Shown piece by piece: positions 47,501 to 59,130 of a DNA stretch of 64,000 bases. Location of the stretch: NCBI GenBank assembly GCA_030390025.1, contig CM059431.1:140184001-140248000 (forward strand). The letters are read 5' to 3'. Both the position numbers and the translations under genes were made by a program. Under the pieces are notes generated by a model. That model did not search any database, was not told where the DNA came from, and saw nothing but the letters and a program-made list of their open reading frames with translations. Source of the DNA: Squalus acanthias (taxonomy: Eukaryota). Each line of letters opens with the position of its first letter. Positions within the stretch are counted from its first letter, which is position 1.

Positions 47501-50500
47501 ACACTGAGAATGAGAAGGAAAGGATCTGCTCAGTGATGGGATCTCCCAGTTGTTAAGCACAGAAAGCAGTCACTGTGCCGGGTACTGATCTATTCTGAAC
47601 ATGGGCTGAATATTCTGTAAACATCTTGATTCACACATTAACGGCAAATAAATGAGATAGAAGGAAAATAGAAATCAGAAATATTGTTCTAGGCGAGCGA
47701 GGAATCACTGAGAATCGGCAATAGCTTTAATGGGATTAGTTTTCTCTGTCCATCAGTGTCCAAAATGACATCAGATTCCTGATTGACAATGTGATACACT
47801 TGTTTCTCACACTTAGTTCCTGCTGTCACACTTTGTGATATAATTAGAAATAAAACAGCAGCGAATTAGAACTCCAGCGGCAGGGAAGGGATGGAGCTGA
47901 AGTGAGGGAAGCAGCTAGAAAACTGGCTGAGAAATTACAGCGAATAATCAAAACAACCACTGTTGATTTATTGGTCAGCAGAATCGACCAATAATAATAA
48001 TAATGAGGAAAAATCCAATCACTCCGTTCGCTTGTTTCCTCGGTAATTGAAATGACAGACAATTTTTTGCAGAATCGCTGCCGGTATGAAACCTCAGTAA
48101 CCGGGAGCACGTGTCCACCAATAGATAGTCAGGATTTCCACCAACAACTTATATTTATATGGGGCTTTTAAAGTAGAAAAGCATCCCAGGGTGTTTCACA
48201 GAGGCGGAATCAGACAATGGACCCGAGACAAAGAGTGATAAATTAGCAGAGGTGGCCAGAAGCTAGAGGAAAGCTAAGGTTTAAGGAGTAGAGAGAGATG
48301 GAGAGGCGGAGGGGTTGATAGAGTGGATTCCTGAGCGTGGGGCACAAGACAACTGAACGCTCAGCCAACAAGAGCGGTGTGAAGGACTGGTGCACAAGAG
48401 GCAAGAGTCAGAGCAACGGAGAATTCCAGTGGCACGGGAGGCTGTAGGGCTGGAGGAGGTTAAAGAGGTAGGGAAGGTCGAGGTCATTAAGTTATTTAAA
48501 GAGCATAATCAGAATTTTAAAATTAAAGCATTCGAGGAGCAGAAGCCATGAAAGGTGAATGAGCACACCAGTGACATCTGAAGGAAACCTGGTCAGGGGC
48601 AGGCAGCAAAATTCTGGAGTAGCTGGAGATTACAGAAGGCGCAAGGAAGGAGGCCGATCAGGAGAGCATTGGAACAGTCGGGTCTGGACGTCACAAAGGT
48701 AAGGATGAGTTTTCAGCAGGAGATGGGGCGAGGCAGGGGCGGGCAATGTTACGAAGATCTTTGTGATGGAGAGTATATGGGGCAGGGAGTTCAGCTCAAG
48801 CTTGGACGCAGAGATTGCAGAACACCTGGCTTAGTCTCCAGCAGTGGCCGGGGAGGGAGATGGACTCAAGCGACGAGGATACGCAGCTTGTAGTGGGGTA
48901 GCAGACGAGGGCATCAGTATTCCCAATGTTTAACTGGAGGAAAATGGGGAGTGACGTTCCACACCAAGAGCGCAGGGACAGGTCATTTACCCAGTTGTGT
49001 ATAGTTTTGGAAACTCAATTATAGGAAGGAAATAAAGGCAATTGGAAAACTGTTCAGCATGTTCAAAGGGGTGTTACTGGGATGTGCAATTCCTGGGCTG
49101 TGGAATTCCTGTTCGAGGGAATTTGAGAAATTAGGGCTCATGCGACAAGAGTTGAACGGATTACGTGAGAAGTTGATGGAAGTCTTCAGTTTCTGAAAGC
49201 TTGTGCTGAAATAAATGTTTACAGATTGTTTCCACTGTTTTGTCAGAGGCCACAAATTTAGGCAAATTCGAAGTATTAAGGGCGAGGGTGAATACATTCA
49301 TTTCCGTACATGACGGTTAAAATGTATAATTAACTCCCACAAAGTTTTGCAGAAGCAAGTCGATAAATTGTTGTAAAAGATATTTTGGATCTAAGCGGCG
49401 GCAGCACCGGAGGAGGCGGCACCTCGTCGATTTAACGAACCAAAAACAAGGAGTGACGTCACAGGAAAGCGATTGGTTGGTCATTATTTGTCTCCTTTTC
49501 TTGGGCATTGGTTTAAATTAAGAGCCGGGATTCAAAACTAAAAGTTCAAAACGTAAACACTTAATTAATTAAATATATTAGAGATGGCAGGGCAGGCGAT
49601 GTGTTACTGCTGCAACATGTGGGAGCTGGTGGACACCATTGAGGTCCACGGCGACCACATTTGCAGTAAGTGTTGGTTGCCTGAGGAACTTCGGCTCTGG
49701 GTTGATGAGCTGGAATCCCAGATTCAAACACTGAGACACATCAGAGACAGGAAGAGCTACCTGGACGCTGTGTTCCAGGAGGCCGTCACACCCCTTAGAT
49801 TAATTAATTCAAATTTGGTCTGTGGTCAGGCTAAGTGTGTGGGCAAAAATCTGGTAGATGGAGTATAATGTGGGAAAATGCGAGGTTATCCACTTTGGTA
49901 GGAAAAATTAAAAAAGCAAATTATTATTTAAATGGGAAGAGATTACAAAATGCTGAGGTACAGAGTAATCTGGAGGTCCTTGTAAATGAATCACAAAAAG
50001 TTAGCATGCAGGTACAACAAGTTATTAGGAAGGAAAATGGAATGTTGGCCTTTATTGCAAAGGGAATGGTGTATAAAATTAGGGATGTCCTGTTACAACT
50101 GTACAGGGCGTTGGTGAGACCACTCCTGGAGTACTACGTACATTTTTGGTATCCTTATTTAAGGAAGGATCTCCTTGCATTGGAGACAGTTCAGAGAAGG
50201 TTCACGAGGTTGATTCCAGAGAAGAAGGGGTTGTCTTATGAAGAAACGTTTAGCACGTTGGGCCTATACTCATTGGAGTTTAGAAGAATGAGAGGGGATC
50301 TTATTGAAACATATAAGATTCTGAAGGGGCTTGACAGGGTAGACGCAGAGACGATGTTTCCCCTCGTGGGGGAATCTAGAACTAGGGGGCATAATTTCAG
50401 AATAAGGGAGCACCCATTTAAAACGGAAATGAGGAGGAATTTCTTCTCTAGGAGGTTCGTGAATATTTCGGAGTGTCTTCTCCAGAGAGCTGTGGAGGCT

Positions 50501-53500
50501 GGGTCATTGAATATATTTAAGGTGAAGATACACAGATTTTTGAATGGTAAGGGAATCAACGGTTATGGGGAGCGAGCAGGGAAGTGCAGTTGAGGCCAAG
50601 ATCAGATCAGCCATGATCTTATTGAATTTTCGGAGCAAGCTCGAGGGGCCAAATGACCTACTCCTGCTCCTACTTCTTATGTTCTTATGACTTATGTTAA
50701 TAAGGCATACGGAATACTTGCCTTTATTAGCCGAGGCATAGAATATATGAGCAGGCAGGTTATGCTTGAACTGTATAAAACATTAGTAAGGCCGCAGCTA
50801 GAATACTGTGTGCAGTTCTGGTCACCACATTACAGGAAGGATGTTATTGCACTAGAGGGGGAACAGTGAAGATTTACGAAGATGTTGCCTGGGCTGGGGA
50901 ATTTTAAATATGAGGAAAGATTGGATAGGATGGGGTTATTTTCTTTGGAACAGCGGAGGCTGAGGGGACACATAATTGAGGTGTATAAGAATATGAGGGG
51001 CCTAGATAGAGTGGATAGGAAGGACCTATTTCCCTTAGCAGAATGGTCAATAACCAGGGTGCATACATTTAAAGTAATTTCTCGGAGGTTTAGAGGGGAT
51101 CTGAGGAGAATTTATTCCACCCAGATGTTGGTGGGGGTCTGGATCTCACTGGTTGAAAGGGTGGTAGAGGCAGAAACACTCATCACATTTAAAAATACTT
51201 GGATATGCACTTGAAGTGCCATAACCTACAAGGCTACAGATTAAGTGCTGGAAAGTGGGATTAGGCTGGATAGCTCTTTGTCAGCCGGCACGGGCAAGAA
51301 GGGCCGAATGGCCTCCCTCTGTGCTGTAAATTTCTATGATTCTATGATTCTATGATTGTTTTGGAGAAAAAGGAATGTTAGGGTTCCTGGAGTGAACAGG
51401 TGTTTAGGATTAGACTAGGTGGGATATTAACGCTAATGGGTAGTGAGCAGGAGGTTGGGATTAGACTAGGTGGGATATTAACGGGAAAGGGTCGTGAGCA
51501 GGAAGTTGGGTTTAGACTGGGTGACTCAGGGAGGAGATAACAAACAATTGCACAGTATTGATGGGGGACAGTCTGGTTTCTCCATCCCCACACTGCTTTT
51601 TTGGCTTGTTTCCTCTCTTTGTGTCTCACGATATTTCATCATTTGAGCTCTTCTGTTTTTAATGTATTTTCTTTAACCAACGGGGGATTTTTTTGTGTCA
51701 TCTAACATTTCCCCGATTTACTATTAAGTAGTTTCCTGGTCACTCAGCTCATTGCCTTCATTCTAACACCCGTCAATTGCCTCTGGTCTCTCCTTTTCCC
51801 AGTCCCACTAAAACCGTTTGCCTTTGTCTTCAGTCAACACAAGAGATATACCTGAACCGTTCCCCTGTCCTTTGTACAGAAACTGACGGGTCCACTGGGT
51901 ATTTTCAGTTCTTCATTTCATTGTTTCAGATTCACAATATTTGCTGTTTTATCAATTTCTTTGATATTTTTCAGGTTTCTATTGAGTAACATTCCACGAT
52001 TCCAATATTTGATATTGCAACAATTCTCAGTGGCAGTGAGGAAAGCAAATCTGATGTTGGATGTGCTAACAGGTCAATATTGAGCCAAAATAGTGAGATA
52101 ATCCTGGAACTTTATAAATCATTGACCACACTTAGAATTCTGTGTACAGTTCTGGTTGCCTCAGTAGAGAAAGGTTATTGCAGCTATTGAAGAGAACTAG
52201 AGTGATTGAGAGGGTGGTGGGGTTGGATTTGGAGGAGCAATTTTGTAAATTGGACATATTCTCACTGGAAAAGAGAAAGCTGAGAGGTGATATGATCGCT
52301 GTTTCACTTTGTCCAGTATAGTAGAACCAGAGGACATGGTCTGCGCTTGAAGGAGGGTAAATTCAAAACTACTCTGCGGAAACAATATTTCAGTGAGCGA
52401 GTGGTCAATCTGGGGAACAGGCTCCCTAGGGAGATGGGGGAAGCAGTTTGTATTGATTCATTAAAGGGAAAATTAGATAGATTTATTTCAGAATATCACA
52501 TTATGGGATGTAGTATATGAGTAATTTGAGATATGACATGTGGTAAGTGCAGCATGCTTGGGAGGAACAGGTGTCTTTGGATCTATGGTTCTCAACGCTC
52601 TCCACCTCTGGGGTTTTCCTCAACTAAGTCTGTTGTAGACTAACTTTTAGAGATCGATTTGTCAACAACTCCATTATCACTGTAGCATTGGACTACGAGG
52701 ATGTTAGAAGGGGAAATACACAGACCTCGCTCTTTTCTCATTTAATAATTCCTTTGTTCTTATGTTAGGACATTCTGTCAGTTCTGTGTCCCTCCCACTT
52801 ACGTGATATTCTTGTCCACTGAAATGGTCCTCGCCCGTTAACCAGAGACCGAGTCCCTCCACACCCTCTTCAACCGCCTGTTCCAGTCTGTCCTGGTAGA
52901 ATTTCGTCAACTGGAAGAGCTGGTAATCGTCGCACTTTGTCAAGAACTTATTGGTTGTCGAGTTCGGATCTGTGAACACAAAGAACCACATTAACAAACA
53001 CCTTCTGAAAACCCAACAATCTATAAAGTCAATTCTGTGCAAATTTGTCAAACACGCCATATCAACAGCTTATCGGTTCTAACCACCCCGATCATCCCCT
53101 GTATCTGTAAATGTTCACTATTCGACCTTCAAATACAGATTCCAGCAGTTTACTCTCAACACAATCTCCCCCTCTATCTCATCTCCACTGCTCGATAGCC
53201 TACAAAACCCACCGCGAAATGTGCTAATCCCCTTCATATTCCTTAACTGTATACATATAGATTCTATCTTAACATAATCCAGGGAACATCCTTGTGTTCC
53301 AGAGCGGACATAGAACCCTTTAGTAATACTGGAATCCACAAATATATTTTCACTCTCTTCAAAATGTTATAACCAGGATCGTTTCGCTCCGACTCCCGTT
53401 CAAACCTAAGTCCTGTCTCACAGTTAACAGGTCACAGCACCCAGGAGGACAAGGGCAGAAGGTGCATGGGATCACCATCGGCTCACATTTACCCTCCAAG

Positions 53501-54511
53501 TCACACAGCGACCCGACTTGGACATATATCGCAGTTCGTCATCATCACTGTGTCAACATCATGGAAACCCTACCCAAGTGTTCCTGTTCCAACAGTTTTA
53601 TTAATTCCGCTCTCTAGTCTCAGATCCGGCCATTTTCCACCCTCCAGTCATATCAGCTGATTCCCTCCCACTGCTCCATTCACCCACTCTGGAAAATAAT
53701 TGTTGTTGGTTGATTCAGATCACGGCGGACCCTTCCCTTCTCCCTGAACACACTCTATTGTCCCAAGAACATGAACCCTTCCCTCCTGCTCCAGCCCTGC
53801 CGCTGTACATTCACCTGCCTCATATTTCCCTCCATACGCAGCCCAGTGCAAAACAATCCGGAGATCACCACCTTGAGGCTTGATTTTTAGTCTAGAGCCT
53901 CAGTCTCAATATTCCCGCTATAAACGCATTTATATCCGTGTTACTGGTTTCGACCATGGATATTTTATGCTCCCCTTTCCTTCCCAGAGATGGTCCCAAC
54001 CGTTCCAGGATGCTCTTTCCTCTGGCAACAGGGAGACAACATAACATTCGGGAGCTGCTCAGAGCTGAAGTGTCTGTCTATTCCGCTAAATATAGAATCT
54101 CCCACCAGTATCGCTCTCCTATTCCTGTGCCCCACCTGCCTCTCACGCCCGTCCCACTCTGGGTGACCTCCTGCTACCTAGCACCACACTGTTGCTCAGG
54201 AAGTCCCTGCTCTGAGTTACTGTCTCCATCCACCTTACAATCTCCAATACCAGGTATCTATTGGACAGTTCCAGTACTCAGGGGCTCCCTCCAGCTGTGA
54301 CTGCGATGCCCATCTAGATTGTCACTCACTTCCCTCTTTCTAATCATCCCCTGTCCTGTTCCCTCTTCCTGTGTGAGCTGCAGTATCTTACACGAGATCT
54401 GGACACGTTGACGGGACAGAAATTATATTTTAATAATTTTTTGAACCTACCTTTGTCCTTTCTCATTCTTGAAGATGTTGGATCTTCTCGCCTGTTTGGA
54501 CCTTCAGCCAT
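20443..54511 (-). CDS. NOD-like receptor (CARD-like death fold + NACHT + RI-type LRRs; NLRC3/NLRP-like expanded fish-type family), spliced CDS join(54451-54511,52803-52969,47282-47453,47111-47176,23978-25781,22329-22415,22030-22200,21690-21860,21220-21387,20443-20545), 989 aa
   Basis: All nine introns have GT donors and AG acceptors with matching phases (1,0,1,1,2,2,2,2,2). Exon lengths sum to 2970 nt with no internal stop seen. NACHT Walker A/B and LRR motifs are present. Confidence 0.85.
20610..21101 (+). mobile_element. RTE-clade LINE 3' fragment in the last NLR intron
   Basis: Same family as 9665-10095; zinc-finger C-terminus and aagaagaaga tail; in-frame TAG present. Confidence 0.85.
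21220..21387 (-). CDS. NLR LRR exon (168 nt)
   Basis: [55 protein letters not shown]; acceptor gatcccag, donor gtgagt. Confidence 0.9.
21690..21860 (-). CDS. NLR LRR exon (171 nt)
   Basis: [60 protein letters not shown] flanks. Confidence 0.92.
22030..22200 (-). CDS. NLR LRR exon (171 nt)
   Basis: [56 protein letters not shown]; 171 nt is the canonical size for an RI-like two-LRR exon. Confidence 0.92.
22329..22415 (-). CDS. NLR LRR exon (87 nt)
   Basis: [28 protein letters not shown]; acceptor tttgtttag, donor gtaagt; phase 2-2. Confidence 0.9.
23052..23300. mobile_element. GC-rich palindromic MITE-like element
   Basis: agcggggcctcacacacagggggcgg pairs with ccgcccgctgtgtgcgaggcccctccgct; ends ggccc...gaaatttcggccc. 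Confidence 0.6.
23978..25781 (-). CDS. NLR large NACHT exon (NACHT, HD1, WHD, HD2, first LRR)
   Basis: Walker A GVPGIGKT, Walker [11 protein letters not shown], sensor VLVTSRP, WHD motif [12 protein letters not shown]; acceptor ccaattgaag, donor AG|gtaact. Confidence 0.95.
26000..26800 (+). repeat. Tandem repeat, ~86-bp unit with internal hairpin AGTGGGACA...TGTCCCACT, about 9-10 copies
   Basis: gtgggacag recurs at 26351, 26437, 26522, 26608 and 26694. Confidence 0.95.
26805..27340 (+). mobile_element. Degenerate L2 LINE 3' fragment
   Basis: Broken frames [25 protein letters not shown] and LHWLPVRQR. Confidence 0.75.
27509..27723 (-). repeat. 3' LTR
   Basis: Preceded on the minus strand by a polypurine tract at 27724-27735. 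Confidence 0.97.
27762..31703 (-). pseudogene. Gypsy gag-pol, one reading frame with two in-frame TGA (31023-31025 and 28392-28394)
   Basis: ORFs 31023-31703, 28392-30953 and 27762-28340 share one frame. Motifs: zinc knuckles, protease LIDSCS, RT YLDN and LPFG, RNase H ECDAS, integrase HPG...C..C, DFKGP and GNGQVER. Confidence 0.92.
31804..32018 (-). repeat. 5' LTR
   Basis: Direct repeat of 27509-27723; TATAAA near 31945-31950 and ATTAAA near 31848-31853 on the minus strand. Confidence 0.97.
32400..33105. mobile_element. Non-autonomous DNA-transposon-like element with GC-rich ends and AT-rich core
   Basis: Starts gagccggattttcc and ends ggaaattgagggcc (degenerate TIRs); no transposase. Confidence 0.45.
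33483..34235. mobile_element. Non-autonomous DNA-transposon-like element
   Basis: Terminus ggcccggattttgc with nested palindromes (taataatggcgag/ctcgccgttatta; gacagcaacttc/gaagttgctgtc) and an AT-rich core. Confidence 0.45.
34629..37057 (+). mobile_element. CR1 LINE, 5'-truncated, ORF2 with several stops
   Basis: [34 protein letters not shown]; ttctatgtttctatg tail. Confidence 0.93.
41583..42803 (+). mobile_element. CR1 LINE 3' fragment
   Basis: [13 protein letters not shown]...SGVPQGS; same tail as the copy at 37057. Confidence 0.92.
43352..43946 (-). mobile_element. CR1 LINE 3' fragment
   Basis: [14 protein letters not shown]...; catagaaacatag tail at 43354. Confidence 0.92.
44617..44881. 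mobile_element. Penelope terminal-repeat-only insertion forming a 106-bp perfect inverted repeat
   Basis: Arms 44617-44722 and 44738-44843 match 13451-13572; 12-bp TSD TATCAGGATCAT (44605-44616 and 44882-44893). Confidence 0.92.
47111..47176 (-). CDS. NLR coding exon 4, 66-nt linker ([22 protein letters not shown])
   Basis: Acceptor gatttaaacag, donor AAAG|gtaatg; symmetric phase 1-1; not in the ORF track. Confidence 0.7.
47282..47453 (-). CDS. NLR coding exon 3, second half of CARD-like domain
   Basis: Acceptor tctttacag, donor G|gtacgg; encodes [57 protein letters not shown], a CARD-like helical pattern. Confidence 0.85.
48140..48950 (-). mobile_element. Degenerate L2 LINE 3' region
   Basis: Similar to 56895-57660, with the same caacttatatttatat-type tail. 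Confidence 0.6.
49390..50688 (+). mobile_element. CR1 with 5' UTR and ORF1 start joined directly to the ORF2 3' end
   Basis: ORF1-like zinc finger and coiled coil (CYCCNMWE...[23 protein letters not shown]) followed at ~49830 by the post-RT part of ORF2 and the cttatgttcttatg tail. Confidence 0.75.
50689..51356 (+). mobile_element. CR1 LINE 3' fragment (different subfamily)
   Basis: KAYGILAFI...[15 protein letters not shown]; (ttctatga)n tail. Confidence 0.88.
52030..52510 (+). mobile_element. Old CR1 fragment
   Basis: Degenerate tgtgtacagttctgg and cagtgagcgagtggtcaatctgg motifs. Confidence 0.55.
52803..52969 (-). CDS. NLR coding exon 2, first half of CARD-like domain
   Basis: Acceptor ctttgtgttcacag, donor CAC|gtaagt; encodes [56 protein letters not shown]. 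Confidence 0.85.
54451..54511 (-). CDS. NLR coding exon 1 ([20 protein letters not shown])
   Basis: ccagcATGG start context; acceptor ...ttaatgcag at 54544-54545; donor G|gtaggt; phase 1 fits the next exon. Confidence 0.7.
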
Positions 54512-54964
54512 GCTGGTGACAGGCGTTTCCGGATTCTGATGCTCTGCATTAAATACAATATTAATAGGAGGAATAGATGGAAATATTGAAATGAAAAGGA
54601 GAACGTTGCCTTGTTAAACATGATATCAAGCTCCTCCTCCACCATCAGTACAACAGCTGTTAGCTCTGGGATCGAGCATTTCTCGAGTGTTACGATCAAC
54701 GGTCCACATCAGGTGTGACACAGACAGCTGCCCAGTGAAATCCAGTGAGTCCCGCTGATCTCCACAACCGAGTTCCAGACGGGCTCTCGTCGGCCGAGAC
54801 TCCCCACTGGGAGCGCCCATTGTTGAGATTTACTCACACAGGAGAGGCCAAAACCAGCCTTATTCATGAGGCAGAGAATATTCTGCAGGAAAATATGATG
54901 AATTGAATGATCCTTAACTCGGTTGTACAGTGTGGCGGTATTGTATTATTTTATTTACGTATTG

Positions 54965-56870
54965 ACCACCATTGACCCAGCCCTACACCGACACAACAAT
55001 GACTCAGCCCTACAACGACACCACACTGACCCAGCCCCACACCCACACCCCACTGATCCAGCCCCACATCTACAGCCCACTGACCCAGCCCCAGACAGAC
55101 ACCCCCCTGACCCAGCCCCAGACAGACACCCACTGACACAGCCGCACACAGACACCCCACTGACACAGCACCAATAGGCACCCCACTGAACCCGCCACAC
55201 ACCGACACCCATATGACCCAGCCACACACCGACACCACACTGACCCAGTCCCATACAGACACCCCACTGACCCAGCCCTACACCGACACGCCACTGACCC
55301 AGCCCTACACTAACACCCGACTGACCCAGACACATAGAAACACCACACTGACCCAGGCACAACCGACACCCCTCTGGCCCAGCCCCCACACCGACACCGC
55401 ACTGATCCAGCCCCACACTGACACCCCACTGACCCAGCCCCACAGCCACACCCCACTGACCCGGCCCCACACCCAGACCCCACTGACCCAGCTACATACC
55501 GACACCACACTGACCGAGCCACACATCAACACCCCACTGACCAGTCCCACTTCAACACCCCACTGACCCAGCCCCAAACATAGATCAAACTGGCACTGCC
55601 TCACACCAACACCCGAATGAGCCAGCCACATACAGACACCACAGTGAACAGGCCCACACCGACATCCCACTGACCCAGCCCTACACCCTCACCCCATTGA
55701 CCCAGCCCCACATCCACACCCCACTGACCCAGCCCCACACCCACACCACAATGACTCAGCCCTACAACGACACCACACCGACCCAGGCACACATCAATAC
55801 CTCACTGACCTAGCCCCACACAGACACCCCACTGTCCCAGCCTCACACAGACACCCCACTGATCCAACCCGTCTTAGGTACCCCACTGAACCTGCCCCAC
55901 ACCGAACTCCACTGACACAGACGCACACAGGCATCCCACTGACACAGACTCGCACAGTCACCCCACTGACCCAGCCCCACACAGACACCTCACTGACCCA
56001 GCCCCACAAATACACCCACTGACCCAGCCCCACACCCACACCCCACTGACCCAGCCCCACACAGACACCCCACTGACCCAGCCCCACACAGACACCCCAC
56101 TGACCCAGCCCCACACCCACACTCCACTGACCCAGCCACACTCCACTGACCCAGCCCCACACCCCACTGACCCAGCCACACACCGACACCCCACTGATCC
56201 AGCCCCACACCCACACTCCACTGACCCAGCCCCACACCCACACCCCACTGACCCAGCCCCACACCCACACCCCACTGACCCAGCCCCACACCCACACCCC
56301 ACTGACCCAGCCCCACACCCACACCCCACTGATCCAGCCCCACACCCACACCCCACTGACCCAGACCCACACCCACACCCCACTGACCCAGCCCCACACA
56401 TACACCTCACTGAACCAGCCCCACACCGACACGCCACTGACCCAGCTCCACACCCACACCCCACTGACCCAGCCCCACACCGACACGCCACATACACAGC
56501 CTCACACCGACACCCCTCTGACCCAGCCCCACACCGACACCCCACACCGACACGCCACATACACAGCCTCACACCGACACCCCTCTGACCCAGCCCCACA
56601 CCGACACCCCACACCGACACGCCACATACACAGCCTCACACCGACACCCCTCTGACCCAGCCCCACACGACCCCACACCGACACGCCACATACACAGCCT
56701 CACACCGACACCCCTCTGACCCAGCCCCACACCGACACCCCACATACACAGCCCCACACCCACACCCACATACACAGCCCCACACACCCCACTGACAGAG
56801 CCCCACACCCACACCCCACTGACCAAGCCCCACATAGACATTCCACTGACCCAGACCCAAATAGACACCA
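54965..56870. repeat. C/A-rich ~27-bp minisatellite (CCCACTGACCCAGCCCCACACMSACAC) upstream of the NLR start exon
   Basis: Directly visible; G-rich on the NLR sense strand. Confidence 0.95.
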
Positions 56871-56894
56871 AACGAGACAAGATTAAACTCCTCT

Positions 56895-57660
56895 ACAACA
56901 ACAACAACTTGCATTATTATAGCGCCTTTAACGTAGCAAAACGACCCAATGCACTTCAGAGGAGGGTTACCAAAGAAAATGTGAACCAAGACACACAACG
57001 AGATATTAAGACAGGTGATCAAAAGCTTGTTTAAAGAGTTACGTTTAAGGAGAGTCATAAAGGAAGAGAGACCGAGGTAGAGAGGGAGTTGAAGCGCTTA
57101 GGGCCCATTCAGACGAAGGGAAGGCCGCTAATGGTGAAGCGACTGAAATCGTGGATGTGTAAGAGGCCAGAATTGGAGGAGCGCAGAGATCTCGGAGGGT
57201 TGTATAGGGCTGGAGGGAGCGGCGAGGCCATGAAGGGATTTGAAAACAAGGATGAGAATGTTAAAATCAAGGCGTTACCGGATCAGGAGACAGTGTATGT
57301 CAGAAAGCAAAGAGGTGATGGGTGAACAGGACTTGGTGCGAGTTAGGATACGGGCAGCAGAGTTTTGGATGAGTTCAAGTTTATGGAGAGTGGAAGATGG
57401 CAGGCCGACGATGAATGCGTTGGAATAGTCTAGTCTAGAGGTAACAAAGGAATGGATGTGATTTGCAGCAACAGATGATTGAGGCGGGGCAGAGGCGGGC
57501 GACTTTACGGAGGTGGAAGTGGGCGGTGTTGGTGATGGAGGGGATAGGTGGTCGGAAGCTCATCGCATGGTCACGGTTGCGAACGCTCTGATTCAACAAC
57601 GGACAATGGTCAGAGAGAGGGATGGAGTCGGTGGCTCGGGAACACATTTCGTCACCGGGA
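56895..57660 (-). mobile_element. L2 LINE 3' fragment
   Basis: (caa)n tail and acttgcattattatagcgcctttaacgtag end; broken frame FRPPIPSITNTAHFHLR. Confidence 0.7.
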
Positions 57661-57974
57661 CCGAACACAATGACAAATATTACCTGTCTACCTACACCAC
57701 AGGTGCTGCTCACCCAAGAGAATCCCTCCCAATCACACGGCTGGTTGATATTTGTCATGCATCTCCACACATCAGCAGAGTGCACGATCAAGGAACCACA
57801 TGCAATGGAAGGCCTGATCACACTCACAGACAGAGAAGGGGCGGGGGATTATTTGGAACTGACATGTATTGCAGTCTGGAGAGTCTTATCCTGGATATAA
57901 CAGACATTGTACCAGGCAGGAATCATACATCTCTTCTAATATGAAAATCGGTCTCATATAACATTACAAACAGC

Positions 57975-58165
57975 AAAATAATGACGATGCTGGAAATCTG
58001 TAATAAAAGCAGAACATGATGGAAACACTCAGCGGGTCAGATATTGTCTGTGGGGAGGGGACGGGGGGATTAACGGTTCAGACAAATGACATTAACCCCA
58101 CCTTCCTCTCCCCACAGACACTGCCTGACCCGCTGAGTGTTTCCAGCAATGTGTATTTTTATTTC
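57975..58165. repeat. Hairpin derived from the terminal repeat of the second Penelope family
   Basis: tggaaacactcagcgggtcag (58020-58040) pairs with ctgacccgctgagtgtttcca (58125-58145); similar to 13630-13680. Confidence 0.7.
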
Positions 58166-58884
58166 TAATATTATTACCAAACCCTTTTTAAGTCTATATT
58201 CTGTGTTTTACTTGTTTTGGGTTCTCACCATTTCAGAATACACTGGGAATCTGATGCTCGCTGTGTATCTGATGTTGATTTTGGAAGATCATTCCCTGCT
58301 TGCTTTGAACGGTGTTGTTCTACTTCTGTAATGTGTGTGTCTGTGACCAATGAAACAGGAGGCAAACACTCAGCTGGCGTTTAATATCTTTCACCGTCCC
58401 CAGGACTAAAAATTGGGGATGTCCAAAGGTAATGAAGCTGTGCTCAGCATTCACTATCTGACAATACTCTGTACCTGCTGGTCGCAGGCCTGCTGATCTT
58501 TGAGGTTTGTCTCTACATCGTGTTCAATGAATTGAGTATAATTAGTTTCCCTGTTCAATTTTTCCCCTTGATTTGTCAGCATTTCTGAGCTTTTTTAACA
58601 TTGAGATCTGATGGTGTCGGTGTGAGTTCATCCGCACCTAATAAACAGACACGTGTCCATGTGCTGGGCTTGGCCTCAGACTGTAATCAACTCTCAGCTC
58701 AAATTCCTTTATTCTAAAATACACACAGGATTTACTTGTGACTGTGAGTTTAGAGACAGAGACTGATCTCACTTCACATTCCATTGCACGGACTCATACT
58801 GGATAATTGTGCTCGGTGGTCAGACTCTCCCAGTCTCATGCTCACCATTTCCTGCCTTACCTTGTAACCTTTGTGGACTGCCTA

Positions 58885-59130
58885 CAGGACCGGTGAGTAT
58901 CTGAGTCAATGGGACTCTCTGACCTTTCTCCCCAGTCCATCTCCAGGACCAGTGTATATCTGAGTCAATGGGACTCTCTCTGACCTTTCTCCCCGGTCCA
59001 TCTCCAGGACCACTGTGTATCCGAGTCAATGGGCCTCTCTCTGACCTTTCTTTCCAGTCCATCTCCAGGACCAGTGTGTATCTGAGTCAATGGGACTCCC
59101 TCTGACATGTTTCCCCAGTCGATCTCTGGA
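58885..59130. repeat. Four ~60-bp tandem repeats, three with an exact TGAGTCA motif
   Basis: TGAGTCA at 58902, 58961 and 59083; CGAGTCA at 59022. Confidence 0.85.

Noticed and set aside
54626..54820. 64-aa ATG ORF upstream of the NLR start exon
   Set aside because: No recognisable domain or splice link; cannot be supported beyond a possible uORF.
54951..57058. Gly/Val/Trp/Cys-rich ORFs
   Set aside because: Translations of the 27-bp minisatellite in all frames.
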